The translations under genes were made by a program, and so were the position numbers. From Lophium mytilinum (lineage: Eukaryota), in contig MU004186.1 in NCBI GenBank assembly GCA_010093605.1, positions 389,765 through 453,764 of the forward strand: a DNA stretch of 64,000 nucleotides, written 5' to 3'. The notes beneath the pieces were generated by a model, which had not been told where the DNA came from, ran no database searches, and saw only the letters and a program-made list of their open reading frames with translations. Below are positions 12,644-27,559 of the stretch, piece by piece (position 1 is the stretch's first letter; every line of letters begins with the position of its first letter).

Positions 12644-15559
12644 ATGGCCGTGATGACATCATCTGCCTTCGACCAAGCGCCATTCGAGGGCAAAGCGCCG
12701 CCGGTGCTCTCGGAGACGATGATTTTGGATCCTGAAGTCAACGGGTGAGTCTGCCCTCCACCGCGCCGCGCTGTCTCCTTTGTCTTAGTGGCACATGTAT
12801 TTATCAATATATTAGTATCGCGCACAAGTACGACGCCCTCTTTGATGAACCTGAAATTCCCCCACTCGATCCGTCCGCGCAGCCTGCCGAGCATATCTTG
12901 GAGGAGCCAGTCGCCATCAACGGAAACGGAAACCATGCCCCAGTCGAAGACCAGCCATCAGAGGAGGCTGCACAAGCTCCCATCGCCGACATCTCTAGCG
13001 GCATTGCCCCTGTGGCCCAGTTCATCCCCGAAACCACCGCCGAGACGTCCATCACCACCGCAGTCGAGGCTCCCACGTCAGATCTTAGGGAGGACACGGA
13101 CTCGGTGCCCACCGCTCAGGAGCTGGAGACGGATACTATTGGCGCAACTGCAGGAGAGGCAGAGCTCGCCCTTCAACCTACGGTAGAGCCCGTGAGCGAG
13201 CCGCAGACAACCGATGCCATGGATATCTTGCAGGAGGTGCTTCAAGAAGTTTCTCAGGAGGTCTCGGAGGATGTCTCGCAGGAATTTTCGAAGACCGATT
13301 CTTCTGCGCCTGCCGCGCTCGTCACACAGGACACTGAGATGGACACCTCCCTGGATTCGTTCCTCGCACCCGCCACCGAGGTCGTTGACCCGGCTGGGGA
13401 CATCACTACGCTACAGGCCGGCACTCATACACCCATCGAGGACCAGTTGACAGTAGACACGCAGCCAGAAGCAGCCCCGGTCGGGATGTCTTTCACCGAA
13501 TCGCCAATCACAGCCGATCAGGAAATGACAGACGTGCCATCAGCAGGCAAAGTGCGATTGAGGGAAGACGATGATGAGGAGGAGCCGTCAGCGAAGCGGA
13601 CAAAGACAGACGAAGAGATGGGGAATTCTACTGAGTTCAAGATGCCGGAAGTGCCAGGCCCCAAAGAAATCCAGCCTGCTGATGGAATATCGGCATCCGC
13701 CGACCAACCGTCAATACAGGGGGCTGTCGACGCGCAATCATGGCCCCCAGGCCCAATCAACAAGTCTCAAAACAAGTTCTTGCTGGAGCGCGTTAGAAAC
13801 ACGAAGAAAATAAAATCCTCAGGCGCATTTCGGGACCCTGTGGACCCCGTAGCCCTCGGGATTCCCAACTATCCCGATTTTGTGAAGACTCCAATGTCTC
13901 TCTTTGACATGGAAAACAAATTGAAGACGGATAGGTATTCTTCGATCACAGAGTTCATGATAGATCTGGATCTCGTCGTCAACAATAGCATTGCTTTCAA
14001 CGGCATTGCTCATCCGGTCTCTCAAGCAGGTCTCAACATGCGAGCCTACTTCTTAAAGGGCATGGCCAAGCTTCCACGCGAGGACATTCCGGAGCCTGCT
14101 CCTGCTCACAAGAAGCCAAAGAAGCCTACAGTTTCAACAGCGAGCAAACCACGGCGGGAATCTCGGGCTGCAGCAGTTCCCGCGGCTTCTCCCGTCGTTG
14201 CTACCCCAACAGTTACATCTCCTCAAAACCTTTTCCCTCTGAATCATGATGGCACGCCCATCATTCGACGCGACTCGTCGAACGCTACGGATCGACCGAA
14301 GCGTGAAATTCACCGGCCTCCGCCCAAGGATCTTCCATATAACAGCGTCAAGCCCAAGAAGAAGAAGTACCAGCTCGAAATGAAGTTCTGTGAGTCGGTG
14401 CTCACTACGCTTACGAAGACAAAATACAAGATTCTCGCAATGCCGTTCATGCAGCCGGTGGACCCTGTGGCGCTGAACATCCCTAATTATCTTCGGGTCA
14501 TCAAAAAGCCTATGGACTTGTCTACAGTTGAGAAGAACTTGAGGGAAGGACTATATCAGACCTCGAAAGAATTCTACACTGATGTCAAGCTTATATTCGA
14601 TAATTGCTACAAGTTCAACCCGCCTGAGGACGCTGTGCACAAGATGGGCAAAGATTTCCAGGCTGTGTTCGAGGAACTGTGGGCAGAAAAGAGTGATTGG
14701 CTCGCTAACAACCGTGAAGCGTCACAGCCACCATCGCCAACAGATTCTGAAGACGAGGATGAAGAGGAAGATGAAGTCGATCAACAGACTGCAGAACTCA
14801 TGGCTCTTCAGCAACAAATGGCGCAGCTCAACGAGAAGGCCCAACGACTCATACAGGCAAAGGCCGGAAAGAGAATGTCCCCGAAGGCTCCGACCAAAAA
14901 GGGCTCGAAGAGCTCGTCAAAACCAGCACCAAAGCGGAAGAGCAGTACTCTTGTGCCCCCTTTGCCCAAAAACCAAAAGCAACGCAGACAAGAAAAGGAA
15001 CCTGCGCCATTGAGCTTTGCTCAGAAACAAGAGATCTCAGATGGTATCAGCACCCTAGGCGATGTTGATATGCGGAAAGCTGTCCAGATCATCCGCAACG
15101 GTGTCCCTCACTTGGCTGTAAGTATATGGTCCCAAAAGTGTATTGAATCATGCTAACGGACACAGGCGGTCAATGACGACGAGATGGAAATCGATATGGA
15201 TGAGATCAATGACGCCACTCTGCGCAAGCTTCTATCGTTCATTAAATCCGTCAGGGGTCCAAAGGTCCGCGATGACGATGATTTTGCACCCCGAGGACGC
15301 GCGCCCAAGGCTCCAGCCCCTTCAAAGCCCAAGAAGAACAAGCCCATGGGCAAGGAAGAACAGGAAAACAAGATTAAGCAGATTAGACAGCAGTTGCAGA
15401 ACTTCGATGCCAACGCCTCTAATTCCGACCAATCGCCTCCTGGTAAGTTTACCGTAAAGGTTTTGATGACGGTTCTTCTTCTAACAATTTACAGCCGCTC
15501 AAAACGACGATTCTAGCGAGGACGAAGACGAGAGCGGTTCGGAAAGCGAAGAGGAGTAG
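12644..15559 (+). CDS. BDF1: BET-family double bromodomain plus ET domain protein Bdf1
   Basis: ATG 12644 MAVMTSS, with intron 12745-12815 joining in frame. BD1 FRDPVDPVALGIPNY, BD2 FMQPVDPVALNIPNYLRVIKKPMDL, ET domain LSFAQKQEISDGI...EMEIDMDEI. Further introns at ~15118-15166 and 15443-15494. Acidic tail ends at TAG 15559. Confidence 0.93.
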
Positions 15560-16684
15560 GCGTCTCTTAGTATCCCGCTATGCCAATTAGGCTGTCAGTC
15601 GATAGCTTAGCTTCGACCCCTGGCCAGCTGCTCAACCACCAAGCGAGCGCCATAATACCGAAAAACACATTAATGATCCTTTCCAACAAACCGGTTTACG
15701 AGGAGTTTCACCCAGCTCCTTTCAGGGGCTTCGGGCATGCGCTAAGGATGGTCTGCAACTCTTCGTAGGCATCTGCAATGCAGGTCATACCAAAGCTCCA
15801 GTCTTCCGATCCTCTTCCCTACTCTCCCAGCCATCGACTCGGCTCTTCCTATTTGCTTCCTTTCTTGTGCATACCTTACCGGTGGATGCGGTGGTTTTTT
15901 GCTGAAACTAGTTATGCCTATGATGCGAGTGTGGATGCTGTTCGGTTTTTAGGTGGACCGAACTGGAGAGTATCCTAGTCAGTCCCAAGTCGGGGGTGGA
16001 AGAGCCAGTGCTCAGCTCGATCAGCCCCTCGCCTCCGATGTGGGATGGGATGGGACGGGATGGCGGAAACAGCGGACGTAGGGTGAGAGACTGCGGCCTT
16101 ATGTACACTAGGAGATGGAGCATGGAGGTGCACACTTATGCTAGTGGACATTGATGGAAAAGAAACAAAAATGCAAACCCCAAATGCGGATGGTTCTTGC
16201 AACTAATTAGCAGTAATCCAGTGAGATGCATTTCGTGCCATTCGGCCGCTAAATGGCAATGTGTTTAGCATGTTAGAGGTCTTCCAAAGTATATAGCCTC
16301 TAGACCCAATTTATGTGGATTCCGGACAAGCTGTATTAAACGTGTAGAGTGTGCATTTTGGCAGGCTTAGATCGACGTCTGGAGTGCCCCAAGCCATGAG
16401 CCACACCGCCTGGCAAAACGCCGGGGTCCAGCTCTCGCGATTCGTTCGTTTTCTGAGCTTCACCAACACCACGCCAAACATCTCTCACCGGCCACTCCAA
16501 AGCACACCCGCTCTCACCGCGATCCCAATTGAAGCCGCCCCGCCGTCGCCGCTCCACACGTCCGCGACCTTCCGCAACCGCATTGCTTCGTCTCACAGCG
16601 CCTCTTCACACGCACAGTCCCCGTGCGCGCCTCGTCCAACCTACACTTCCGCTCGCAGAAACAATCCTCTCGTCGCAGTCCGCC

Positions 16685-18303
<1,619 letters not shown>

Positions 18304-18586
18304 GCTTGAAACTTAAGGCACGAGTTCCAGCTTCAGATTTCGCGCTCGAGTCAAGGGTTTGGGGAGGGGTCCGGGAGGAGTTTGGTGTACTACTACCTAT
18401 CTAGAAATTCGGGACCGAAAAATGGGATTGGTTTGGCTGTGGGTGAAGACGAACACACTTTTCAAGCGTTTCTTTCGATGGTGTACGCGGGCTTCGAGAT
18501 GAGGTCTGTTATCGAGCGAGCCCTCTGGCCTACCTTAAATCCCTCACACCTGATCCGCAAGGGGGTTTCAAAATTCGCCTCCCTTC

Positions 18587-19480
18587 GTTATTAAATGCCA
18601 CATTCCTAACCGTGTGACTCCATGTTTCCTAAACGCGGAGGGCAGCACGAGGCGTGCCTATTTATTAGTCGCTTTCCTACCCGTTTGCACGACCCTTCAA
18701 AACGAACCCATGGAATTAGGTTTAGAAAAGGTCGCTAGAGTGCGTCTGTGGAGGTCCTGCCTGCTCTGGTTACAAAGAGTTACATTTCTAACCGCGTGAA
18801 TCGGTTTTTGCTATAGCTTTTTTTTAAAACGATTGTCCGCGACCCCCAAGATCGAATTTGCGATATACGGTTTAGGTGAAGTCGTTAAGGCACCTCTTGC
18901 CATCTTTAGTTACAAAGAGTTACATTTCTAACCGCGCAAATTGCTTTTTAGTACATGTACAGGACACACGGCGTGAACCTGTCATAGCTGTCTTTTGAAC
19001 TGATTTTCCGCGACCCCCTAGATCGAGCTTGTGTACAAGGTTCAAAAGAGGTCGCTGGGGCGCTTCTAGCCTTATTTAGTTACAAAGAGTTACATTTCTA
19101 ACCGCGCAAATTGATTTTTAGTAGATAGATGTACGGGACACGCGGCGTGAACCTATTATAGCTCTCTTTTAAAACGATTGTCCGCGACCCCCTAAATCGA
19201 GCTTGCGGTATGAGGTTCAAAGGAGGGGTTCAAAGGAGGTCATGGGGTACCTTCTGCCTTCTTTAGTTATAAAAGAGTCACATTTGTGACGATTTTCCGC
19301 GACCCCCTGAGTCGAGCTTACGGTAGAAGGTTTCAAGGACGTTGCCGGGGCACCTTTTGCGTTCTTTAGTTACAAAGAGTTACATTTCTAACTGTGTAGA
19401 CCCTTTTCTTGGTAGACATAGAGGGTATATAAATAGGTACGCGGCGTGCACCTTTTGTAGTTGTTGCTTTCCTAGACGAA
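18587..19480. repeat. Degenerate tandem array of ~100-190 bp units with a conserved 24-nt core
   Basis: GTTACAAAGAGTTACATTTCTAAC is perfect at 18769, 18909, 19079 and 19369 and degenerate at 18587 and 19266. A second block GATT(G/T)TCCGCGACCCCC occurs at 18831, 19002, 19176 and 19291. Confidence 0.9.
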
Positions 19481-19829
19481 AGCAAGAGGCGTGTCGTTGT
19501 CGGAGGTTTGATTCTGAGTACAAACCCCATATATCTTGTCGTCGACCTAATTCCCACCGTCAGCCAAACGCTTGCAGCTTCGCCGACAGAGACTCTAATG
19601 CATAGAAGCCCCCAACTTCACATGGCCAAGACATCCACCCCCCACATCACCGTCACCAAAAATTTGCCGTGAAACACGATCTATTCATCCCAACCTGCCC
19701 ATTCACTTGGCAAAAGGTCACTATATCTCCTAATCTACAACAGCAAAAAACGCCGCTCAACCTCTATCCGAAAATCTATCTCAAAACTTTCGATGCTTCG
19801 CAAATCCCACGACACACGGCGAAGAAGCT

Positions 19830-22634
19830 CTAAAGCCCCACCGCCAGCATCAGCCCGTACCCGACCGTCACGACGACGCAAAAAGTGATGATACTGGCCG
19901 GCACGCCGCGCGTGATGAAGTGCTTGACCTGCAGGTAGCGCTGGCCGGTCTGCGAGTCTTCCATCATAATGGCAGCTAGAAACATATTAGCTCAAGCCGT
20001 ACCGTATATAATCGTATCAAGGGGAGGCAGTGCTAGGAATAGGGAACAAGGAGATACTTACTCATATTCGGGAAACCGCTAGTCGGCAACCCCATAGCGG
20101 CCGAGCACATCAGCACGCTGCCCATGACTAGTAGGTTCGGATGCGGCTCATCCATGCCCTGGCCCACCTGCTGCACAAGCGGCAAGACAATCAGCGCGGC
20201 GACTGTGTGGCTGATGAAGGTTGCGACGACAAGGATCAGCGCCGCGAAGACGATGAGCACGCCATACAGAGACAGGCCCTCGACTTCGGCGGTGATGCTC
20301 TTGGCGATGGTGTGCAGCAGGCCGGAGGAGTTGACGGCCTTGCCGAGGGCGAGGCCGCCAGCGGCAAGGATGATGATGGTCCAGAGGAAGTTGTTGAAGT
20401 CTTCTTTGGTAAGGATGCCGGTGCCGAAGAAGAGCACGATGGGGATGATGGCGACGACGCCCATGTCGCCGAAAATGGGCTCGAGTTGGTGGGTTACGCA
20501 CCATAGGGCGATGGTGACGATGGTGACGCCGCTGATGAACCATTGGATGCCCGAGAAGCGGTCTTTCATGGGCCGGATGGGGACGATGGTCGTATTGCGG
20601 CCAGGCTTGAAGGTGGCGAGGAGAAGGAGCCAGATGAGCACGATGGAGATGATGCACACGGGGAGAGCGACGAAGAACCAGACGCCCCATCCTGGTTGGG
20701 GGTTCATGTTTTGGAGAGCGATGAGGTTCTGAGGCGACGCAATTGGGGATGCAGCACCACCAATGTTCGAAGAAAGAGCGATTCCCAGAAGAAGTGCCTT
20801 CGACATGGCTGAATCGGAGGGAAGGTTGCGGAGAATAGGCTTGAACGTGTCAGTGAGGAAAATTACAGTCGAGAAGTCGTAGTTACCTGGACGATCGAGA
20901 AACACAGCACTGGAGCTGCGACATTGCTGATCCACATGCTGGCGAACATGGCAACGAACATACTTGTCAGTAATACCGTTCTTGGTTTCGTCCCAGCCTT
21001 GCTCAGAACAAAAGTCGCCATCATCTTGGCAATGTTATACTTCGACAGCGCAGCGGCGATGGTGAAACCCCCTAGAAGTAGCATTATAACGGGTGTCCAC
21101 ATGGCTGCAAACACGTAGGATGCAGCCTGCTTGGACTCTAGACGAGCGTGTGGCTTTTCGTCCTGACGAACGACGCGTAGAACGACGACTAAAAACGGTA
21201 CGAGCAGCGACGTGACGAAAAGGGGTATTGCCTGGAATATGTCAGCATCCACTTTCTTGATGTGAGAAGAGATGCATACCTCTGTAGCCCATAACAGACT
21301 GACGAAAACGACCAATGCCAGGCAGTTTTGCTGCTCTGGCTTCTTCATGATTGGAACAAGAAGTAGGACTAAGAAAACAGCCAAAATGAGGATCAGAGTG
21401 TAGAACGTCGAGCTCAATAACCACTGGGGACAGTGATACTTCCCAATAGGGGTGTTCACTTCCTTCATCTCTGCCTCAACTTCGTCACCCTGCAGCCTTA
21501 GCTTTCGCGGATCGGTCTCCCGGCCGATTAGGGTTTGTCGAAGCCCCATATTCGCCGCCTGAGATTTCCGTTCGATACCAATCATCTCCCTCCAAACTGT
21601 ATTGCGCTCCCACACCACATGCTCTCTTAGATGCAGCCGCAGCTCCCGCTTGGCTTCTGCGACGTCTCCTTTCGTGCAAATCTTTGCATAGGCGCTCTCG
21701 ATCCGCGATAGATTCTCGGCCAAATGTGCCATTGTAGATTTCTGGAAAGGATATGCAGTCTCTACGTTCGCGTCGATGTACTGTCTCTTTAGATTGCGGT
21801 CCAGAATTTTATCATACTTCTTCAGGACTTTTGTGAAACCGGTCCTGTTCAGCTGGATAAACGATCGCAACTCGCACACCGACACGTAGAGACTGACAGT
21901 CCGCTTCTTCAACGACACTCCGGAGTCATAGAGAGCCGAAAAGGCCATGTCGTTGTAATCGTCGAACGCAACGCTGGTTCTCCGCCGCGAAGAGGCGAAA
22001 TCCGTGGAAGCTCTCAAATCCTCATGTCGCGACTCCCAGCCCCGTTGTCCGTCGCGACTCTTCGTCTTCTGTAGGCCTACAGTCTCATCGGCATCATCAT
22101 CGCTATTGTCGTTGTCCAGCTCCTCGTATGACTGGCTCATGCCACTTGTCCTCCGTGGTCGGCCCAGCCCAATCGTCTTAAATATGCTATTTGAACGAGC
22201 TTTCTTGCTCCCTCGCGTGCCCGGCGGTTGCTCGCTTTGCTCCGTCTCCAGTTCCTCCTGCTCCTCCTCGTAATGCTCCTCATCTCGTAGTAGTTGGTCG
22301 ACTTCCCCATAAATCTCTAGCTCTTTGAGTTGGTAGAAGGAGCATATCTTCTCCAGTTCGTGGTCCAGCGTATTCGAAAAGGCCTTGTCGGGATCGTCGG
22401 CGGTGCCATTGAGGAGAGGTGAGGATTCAGCATCCTGGGGCTGGTTGGAAGCCTGATGGAGCTGCTTTTCGAGGGTGTATATGCTGAAAGCAAAATGTTA
22501 GCAGGGTGCTAAGCAGAGCGCGGTAGGGGGTTAGGTCTCTGACACACATACGTTTTCTTTAGGTTGCTGTAAGAAATGTAATGGGTGCTCCAATCCGGCA
22601 CCGAATTAAACTGCAAGCTGTGCGAGAATTTCAT
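19830..22634 (-). CDS. PHO91: SPX-domain low-affinity phosphate transporter (Pho87/Pho90/Pho91 family, SLC13/DASS)
   Basis: SPX start MKFSHSLQFNSVPDWSTHYISYSNLKK, FIQLNRTGFTKVLKKYDK, LREHVVWERNTVWREMIG, SMWISNVAAPVLC, ASPIASPQN and GLPTSGFPN. Multi-exon with stop at 19830. Paralogue name is uncertain, and a non-AUG extension to 22793/22802 is possible. Confidence 0.9.
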
Positions 22635-23615
22635 CTCGTCGGCCGCGAGAAGCTGCTCAAGCTTCTCCCGCCTCTTCCTCGCGCGCTTGCTCTCCGGTCG
22701 TGGGGCGTCTCTCTTGTCGGCAGCGCTGTCTTTGAAGTCTTGAAGCTCGATGGGTTCTTCGCTAAGAATAGTGAGGGTGCGACGACCTTCCACGGTGGCC
22801 AGTGTCGTGGTCGGTCGGGATTGTGTGCTGGTGGACAGCGAGTGGGGTGGCGCGCTGGTGATAGCTAGCGGAGGCGGTCGGGAGGATGAACGGGAGATTC
22901 CGTAGTCGTCTCGTCTTCACACGAGTTGGGTTGTTTTCGCGATGAGCGTCACCGCAAGCCTCAGGCTGGACACATGCACGATTGGTTGGCTGGCCCTTGT
23001 CGTTGCTGCACGGCCAACGCCCTGTCGACTCCTGGCAAAGCTGCCTATTAGCCAAGACATATTACTTATTACAGCTTAGAGGGAACCAGACTGCCGGCTG
23101 GCGCCCGCTGTCACCCATGGGACTCTCCTCAACTACTAGACAAGAGTACTACGGTAGCCACTAGTAGCAAATCTCCGTTTCCTCCATAGTTTCCTTCATT
23201 TTAACATCAGACCCATCTTAGTGCGGAGAATTTGCGTCTAGAATACCAGATGTTATTTCACCTTCAAGCATTAGGTGGATTTGACTATAATAGGATTACT
23301 AATAAAGTACATGAGGGACGCCCAACGATCATCGAACGACCGATAAACTGTCCTCCGGCCTCACGTGTGCTGCAGGTGGAGGGAAGACGAGTGGTTTATC
23401 CACTACCTGGCAATTTCAAGAAGAGAAGCAAGACGGGCCGCCGCCGTAACTAGAGTCCGATGATACAGGGGAGGTATACCAAAGCCGGCTTCCAGAAACT
23501 TTCTACAAAGCCAGCTGCGTGTCGCATCAATTTCGCTTCGAACCGTCACATTACATAGCAACTAGCCTCAGTATCGTCAAACTCGAGCCCATTACTCGAG
23601 CAGAGTCGCAGAGCA

Positions 23616-26600
23616 TTATGTTCCAGTTTCTGCGTCGTGTTAGCTCCAATCTTCAAAGAAGATAAGGATAAAAACTTACCAGTCTCAACACCAGGCTGTC
23701 TGCCGTCTAAGCCGCCAGTGAGCTTGTTCTTCAACCGCCTTATGCCAATCTTGGTCTGGTCCTTGGCAAACTTCGCGTTCCGCGCTGGCTTCCACTGCAT
23801 CAGACCTCTCTGCTTCCGCTCTTCTGTTCGCTTGTTTTGCCGGTTGGCATTGCCTGACGCACTGGTCTTACTAGTGCTAGTCCTGCCCAACGAAGACTCC
23901 GTCGTTCCATCGATTGATTGGGACCCACGAGGAACACCGTTCGAGCTGCTAGCGTTGTCCGCATCTTGGATACCTAGGTCGTCTGAGCTGTCCGAGCTGT
24001 CATCATCGTCGTCATCCTCGTTGTCTTCGTCAGAAGAAGGATGGAACGGGTCATGCAGCGGCTTGTCGACGCCGGGTTCACACTTCTTGCGACCCTGAGA
24101 GTCCATATATGCTTTCGGATCTTCGCCGAAAGCACCACTCCAGTCCGTGCCGGTCTTCGTTAACCACTTCTTCTTCTCGTCGTCATCAGTACCCTTGAGA
24201 ATGTCTCGGCCTTCCTTCAGGGACTCCTCGTGTAGTTGCTGCACCTTCTCTGGGAGTTCCTTTTCAACCTTGCGCTGCCGTACGCCCTCAGCAAGACAAG
24301 CTTCCCATGTTTCGAACGTCTCTCGGGAATCATTGTCCGAAATGAAGGCCTCGTGGGCCTCATCTGTGCCAGCCTTGAAACGACCTTTGAACTTCAGTCG
24401 ACCAACAACCTTCAGATCTTCTAGGCCGGGCTCTTTTTCGGAGTTGTTCTCGGTGATGTAGTTCTGCGTTAGGCGGGCGGGGCAAGAGGTCGTCCAGATA
24501 GGGATGTCGATGTCCGTCTCTTCATTATCAACGAGGTGGTGGAGCCAGATCACTGAGTACGCTTCTGCCTTTCGCTTGCCGGAAATATGAAACTCAAAGA
24601 CAATAGGAGATCGGTATCGGTACTTGACTGGTAAGCGGACATCGTACTTGCCATCCTTCTTCGCAATATCCCAGTACATGCCATCGCCATCCTCGAGCTT
24701 CCGCGCTTCGACACGAGGGATCTTGCCACTACTACCACCGGTGCGAAGCTTGAGCTTAGCATGATGAGTGTAACCACTAGCGACAACACGATCAGACGCG
24801 AATTCGAATGTACCAACGTCCCAGCCCAGAAGATTTGGTGGCAGCCGAGTCTCAACGCTACGGAAAAGAAGCGAGATACGAATACGGCCGAATCCAACGC
24901 CACCATCCAAAGGATACCATCGAGTTACCTGTGAAGAGGTCTCGAGGACGTCGGAGAGCTTGAGAGGGACAACACCAAGAATTGGGTCGTGTTCCCGGTT
25001 TCGGGAATCGCGGACGGTGACGGTAACGATGCCAGAGCGCCAATCACGCATAAAGCGTTCAGTTCCGGCATTAAAGATAGGCTGAGAAGAGACAGCCTTG
25101 GCACGGGTGCGGTAGACCAGCTCGTCATTGTAGAGGATGGTGCAGTAGCTCGTCGGTAGATTTCCGCCTGTCTCCTCAGTGCTCTCGCCGGAAGGCTTCG
25201 CCGGTTCGTATTCCCTGCCCTTGCGGTTGCCTTCGCTCCCCTTGACGTTCTCCAATTCGAGGTTGACGATTTGGTGAACGATAACACTGCAAATACCGCT
25301 TGGCCAGAGCGGATCTGGTGGGGTGTGAGCCACGGCATCGTCCGTGGCGGTGTTGGTGACGCCCTTGTCGTCCTGCAATTCTGGATGGTCCTTGAGCTCA
25401 TCTGGCAGAGCCTTGTTCTTGCCATCGGTACGGAGAGCGGGTCTGAATTGGGGCTTGTTGAAGTATCCAACCTCCCAATGAAGCTCGCCGGGCATCTCGC
25501 TATCGGCATCCATACCGGCAAGTTTAGAGGATTGCGGATACATCTTGCCGGGATGCTGAATCATCTTTTGTATGGAGAGTTCTACCTTTCCGACGATGTC
25601 GTCAGCGCTGTGACGGTCAGAGTCCCACAGCTCAACACTAAGGTTCTCGTCGGCTTTGATAAGTTCGGGGGTAACCAGGACCCTGTTACAATATTAGTTT
25701 CCTGTACTAGAAAAAATTGAACGAGCAGTACTTACGCGCAAGTCTCTTCCCAAATCGGGTTCAAATCATCCGTGATGACTCGTGTGCAGTACATTGGCTT
25801 GCCGTATTTGGAAAACGAGATAGTGATGTATGGGTCACTGCCACCATGAGCACTTCCTCGGCGATCTTGCTTGCTGAGGCCAACTGCGCGATGAATACGG
25901 ATCCACATAACACCAAGAGCCTGGACGTCCTTGGTAATATCGTCGCCCTGAAGCATCGCGCGCATGTCAATCGACATGGATTTTGGAGCCACATACATGC
26001 TGGCCGCCGCGCCGATAGCGTAATTGACGAAGTTCGAGATCAAAGGTAGATTAAGGATATTGACTCCCTTCTCGAGCATAGGGATGCATCCGGCTTGGAC
26101 TTGTGGTAGGCCCATCAGAGTGAAAGTTAGATTCTTGAGGAAAGGAGGTTCGGGGGTCATGTTCAACCTCAACCGAACGGTTCCGACGAGGCCCTGCAAT
26201 TCAACGAAAATGGGGAGAGGAACACCAAAGAGTCCTTTGATGCCCAGGTAGAAGACAAGCTGCATGTGCATGTTCCGAGCCTTGTCAGAGGCACGCTTTC
26301 CGCTAGGCTTAGCATGGTAAGCAAAGGAGACTTCGAGGTTGTAGAAGTCGCCTCCTTCTTCATCTGCTGCGGCTTCCTGGGGATCTTTCGTCTTCTTGTT
26401 CTCCTCGTGGATCGCCACTTTGAGATCCTTCATGTGCTCATCCGGGAGTGCTCGTAGACTGAGTATTCGGATGGGATTGCTGCCTTGGTTGATTTCGGCA
26501 ACCCGGACATTCTCAATGATTCCGGGGACCGATGCTTGCATGACATCTTCCAAGGTATCAGCAACGCCGATGAACATGTCAGGGTTGATGAGACCCCAGA

Positions 26601-27559
26601 CTATGCCAAGTAGGGTATTCATCCATTCTACGGACTCCGGCAAGAGGTTTGCGGTGGCCTATCCAATAGTCAGTATGTCGCAAGTATGTCGCTATAAAGG
26701 TGCTCTCCGCCTTTCTGCTTGATCCTTTCAAATTCGAATCTCGTAGAAAGACCCATGAGATGGAAAGGTGTTCGACTTACCGTCTGACCACGAGTCTGTT
26801 CACTATCCCACTCAACCTCCCGTCCACTTCGTACAACTTCCTTCATCCAAAGCCATATACCAGATGTTATGCACATGCCCAATGGGATCAAGCCCTTCAG
26901 TGCGCCGCCAAACATTTTGCCCAGTATGATAATGGCGAGGAGGACGCCAATGCATAGTATTCCCGCCCGTTTCTCTATCGCAGCAAACATGGGCTCGTAG
27001 CTGACTGAAGGGGTAGGGTGGAATAGGATGTTCGTCTTCTCGCCGTGTATAGGCACATCAGACGTGCTGCCCTCGGCAACTGGATCTGGAGGAGCTGTGA
27101 TATCTTGATTGTGTTTGTACTCATCGTTGGATTGCGAGGCGTCTGTCTTAACCGGCTGGTGGCTGTTAGTATTATACCTTATAGGGAGTTCATATAAAAG
27201 CTGGTGTTGAGAGGGGAACTCACAGTGGGCTTTCCCAGGTTGGCATTTGGCACCGAAAGCTGCGGGTTCTCAACCTGGCCCATCATGCTCTTGTTGACGT
27301 CCTCAATGACAACCTGATTACCTGTTGTTGGATCGGTCACGGTCTTTTGGGTGCCCTTGATTCCAGCTTTGGTCTCTTTGTGCGGCTTGACATCACCGCC
27401 AGCTTTCTGTGCCTTCTTCATCTGCGCGGCCTCTTCGTCCAGCTGACGATCGCGATCTCTCTTGTCCTTATCGAGGTTCTCCATGAATTTTTTGACGTTA
27501 GGAATAGGGTTGGCACCGGAGTAGTGACCCCCGGGCCTATGCTGCTGTTGGTCTGCCAT
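23616..27559 (-). CDS. Mug190-like membrane protein with SMP-like and C2 domains (tricalbin-related)
   Basis: YSGANPIPNVKKF start, a TM hairpin, PESVEWMNTLL (SMP-like), C2 GVMWIRIHRAVGLSKQD..GSDPY..DDLNPIWEE, and a second C2 LPTSYCTILYNDELVY. C-terminal RGLMQWKPARN. The last intron gives ...VETETGT* ending at 23616. Confidence 0.85.

Noticed and set aside
13228..13290. 12-bp coding repeat in BDF1 (QEVL QEVS QEVS EDVS QEFS)
   Set aside because: Ordinary slippage expansion in a disordered N-terminal region.
18587..19480. CRISPR-like array (24-nt repeats with intervening sequence)
   Set aside because: The intervening segments are homologous to each other and 80-160 bp long. There are no cas genes and the context is eukaryotic.
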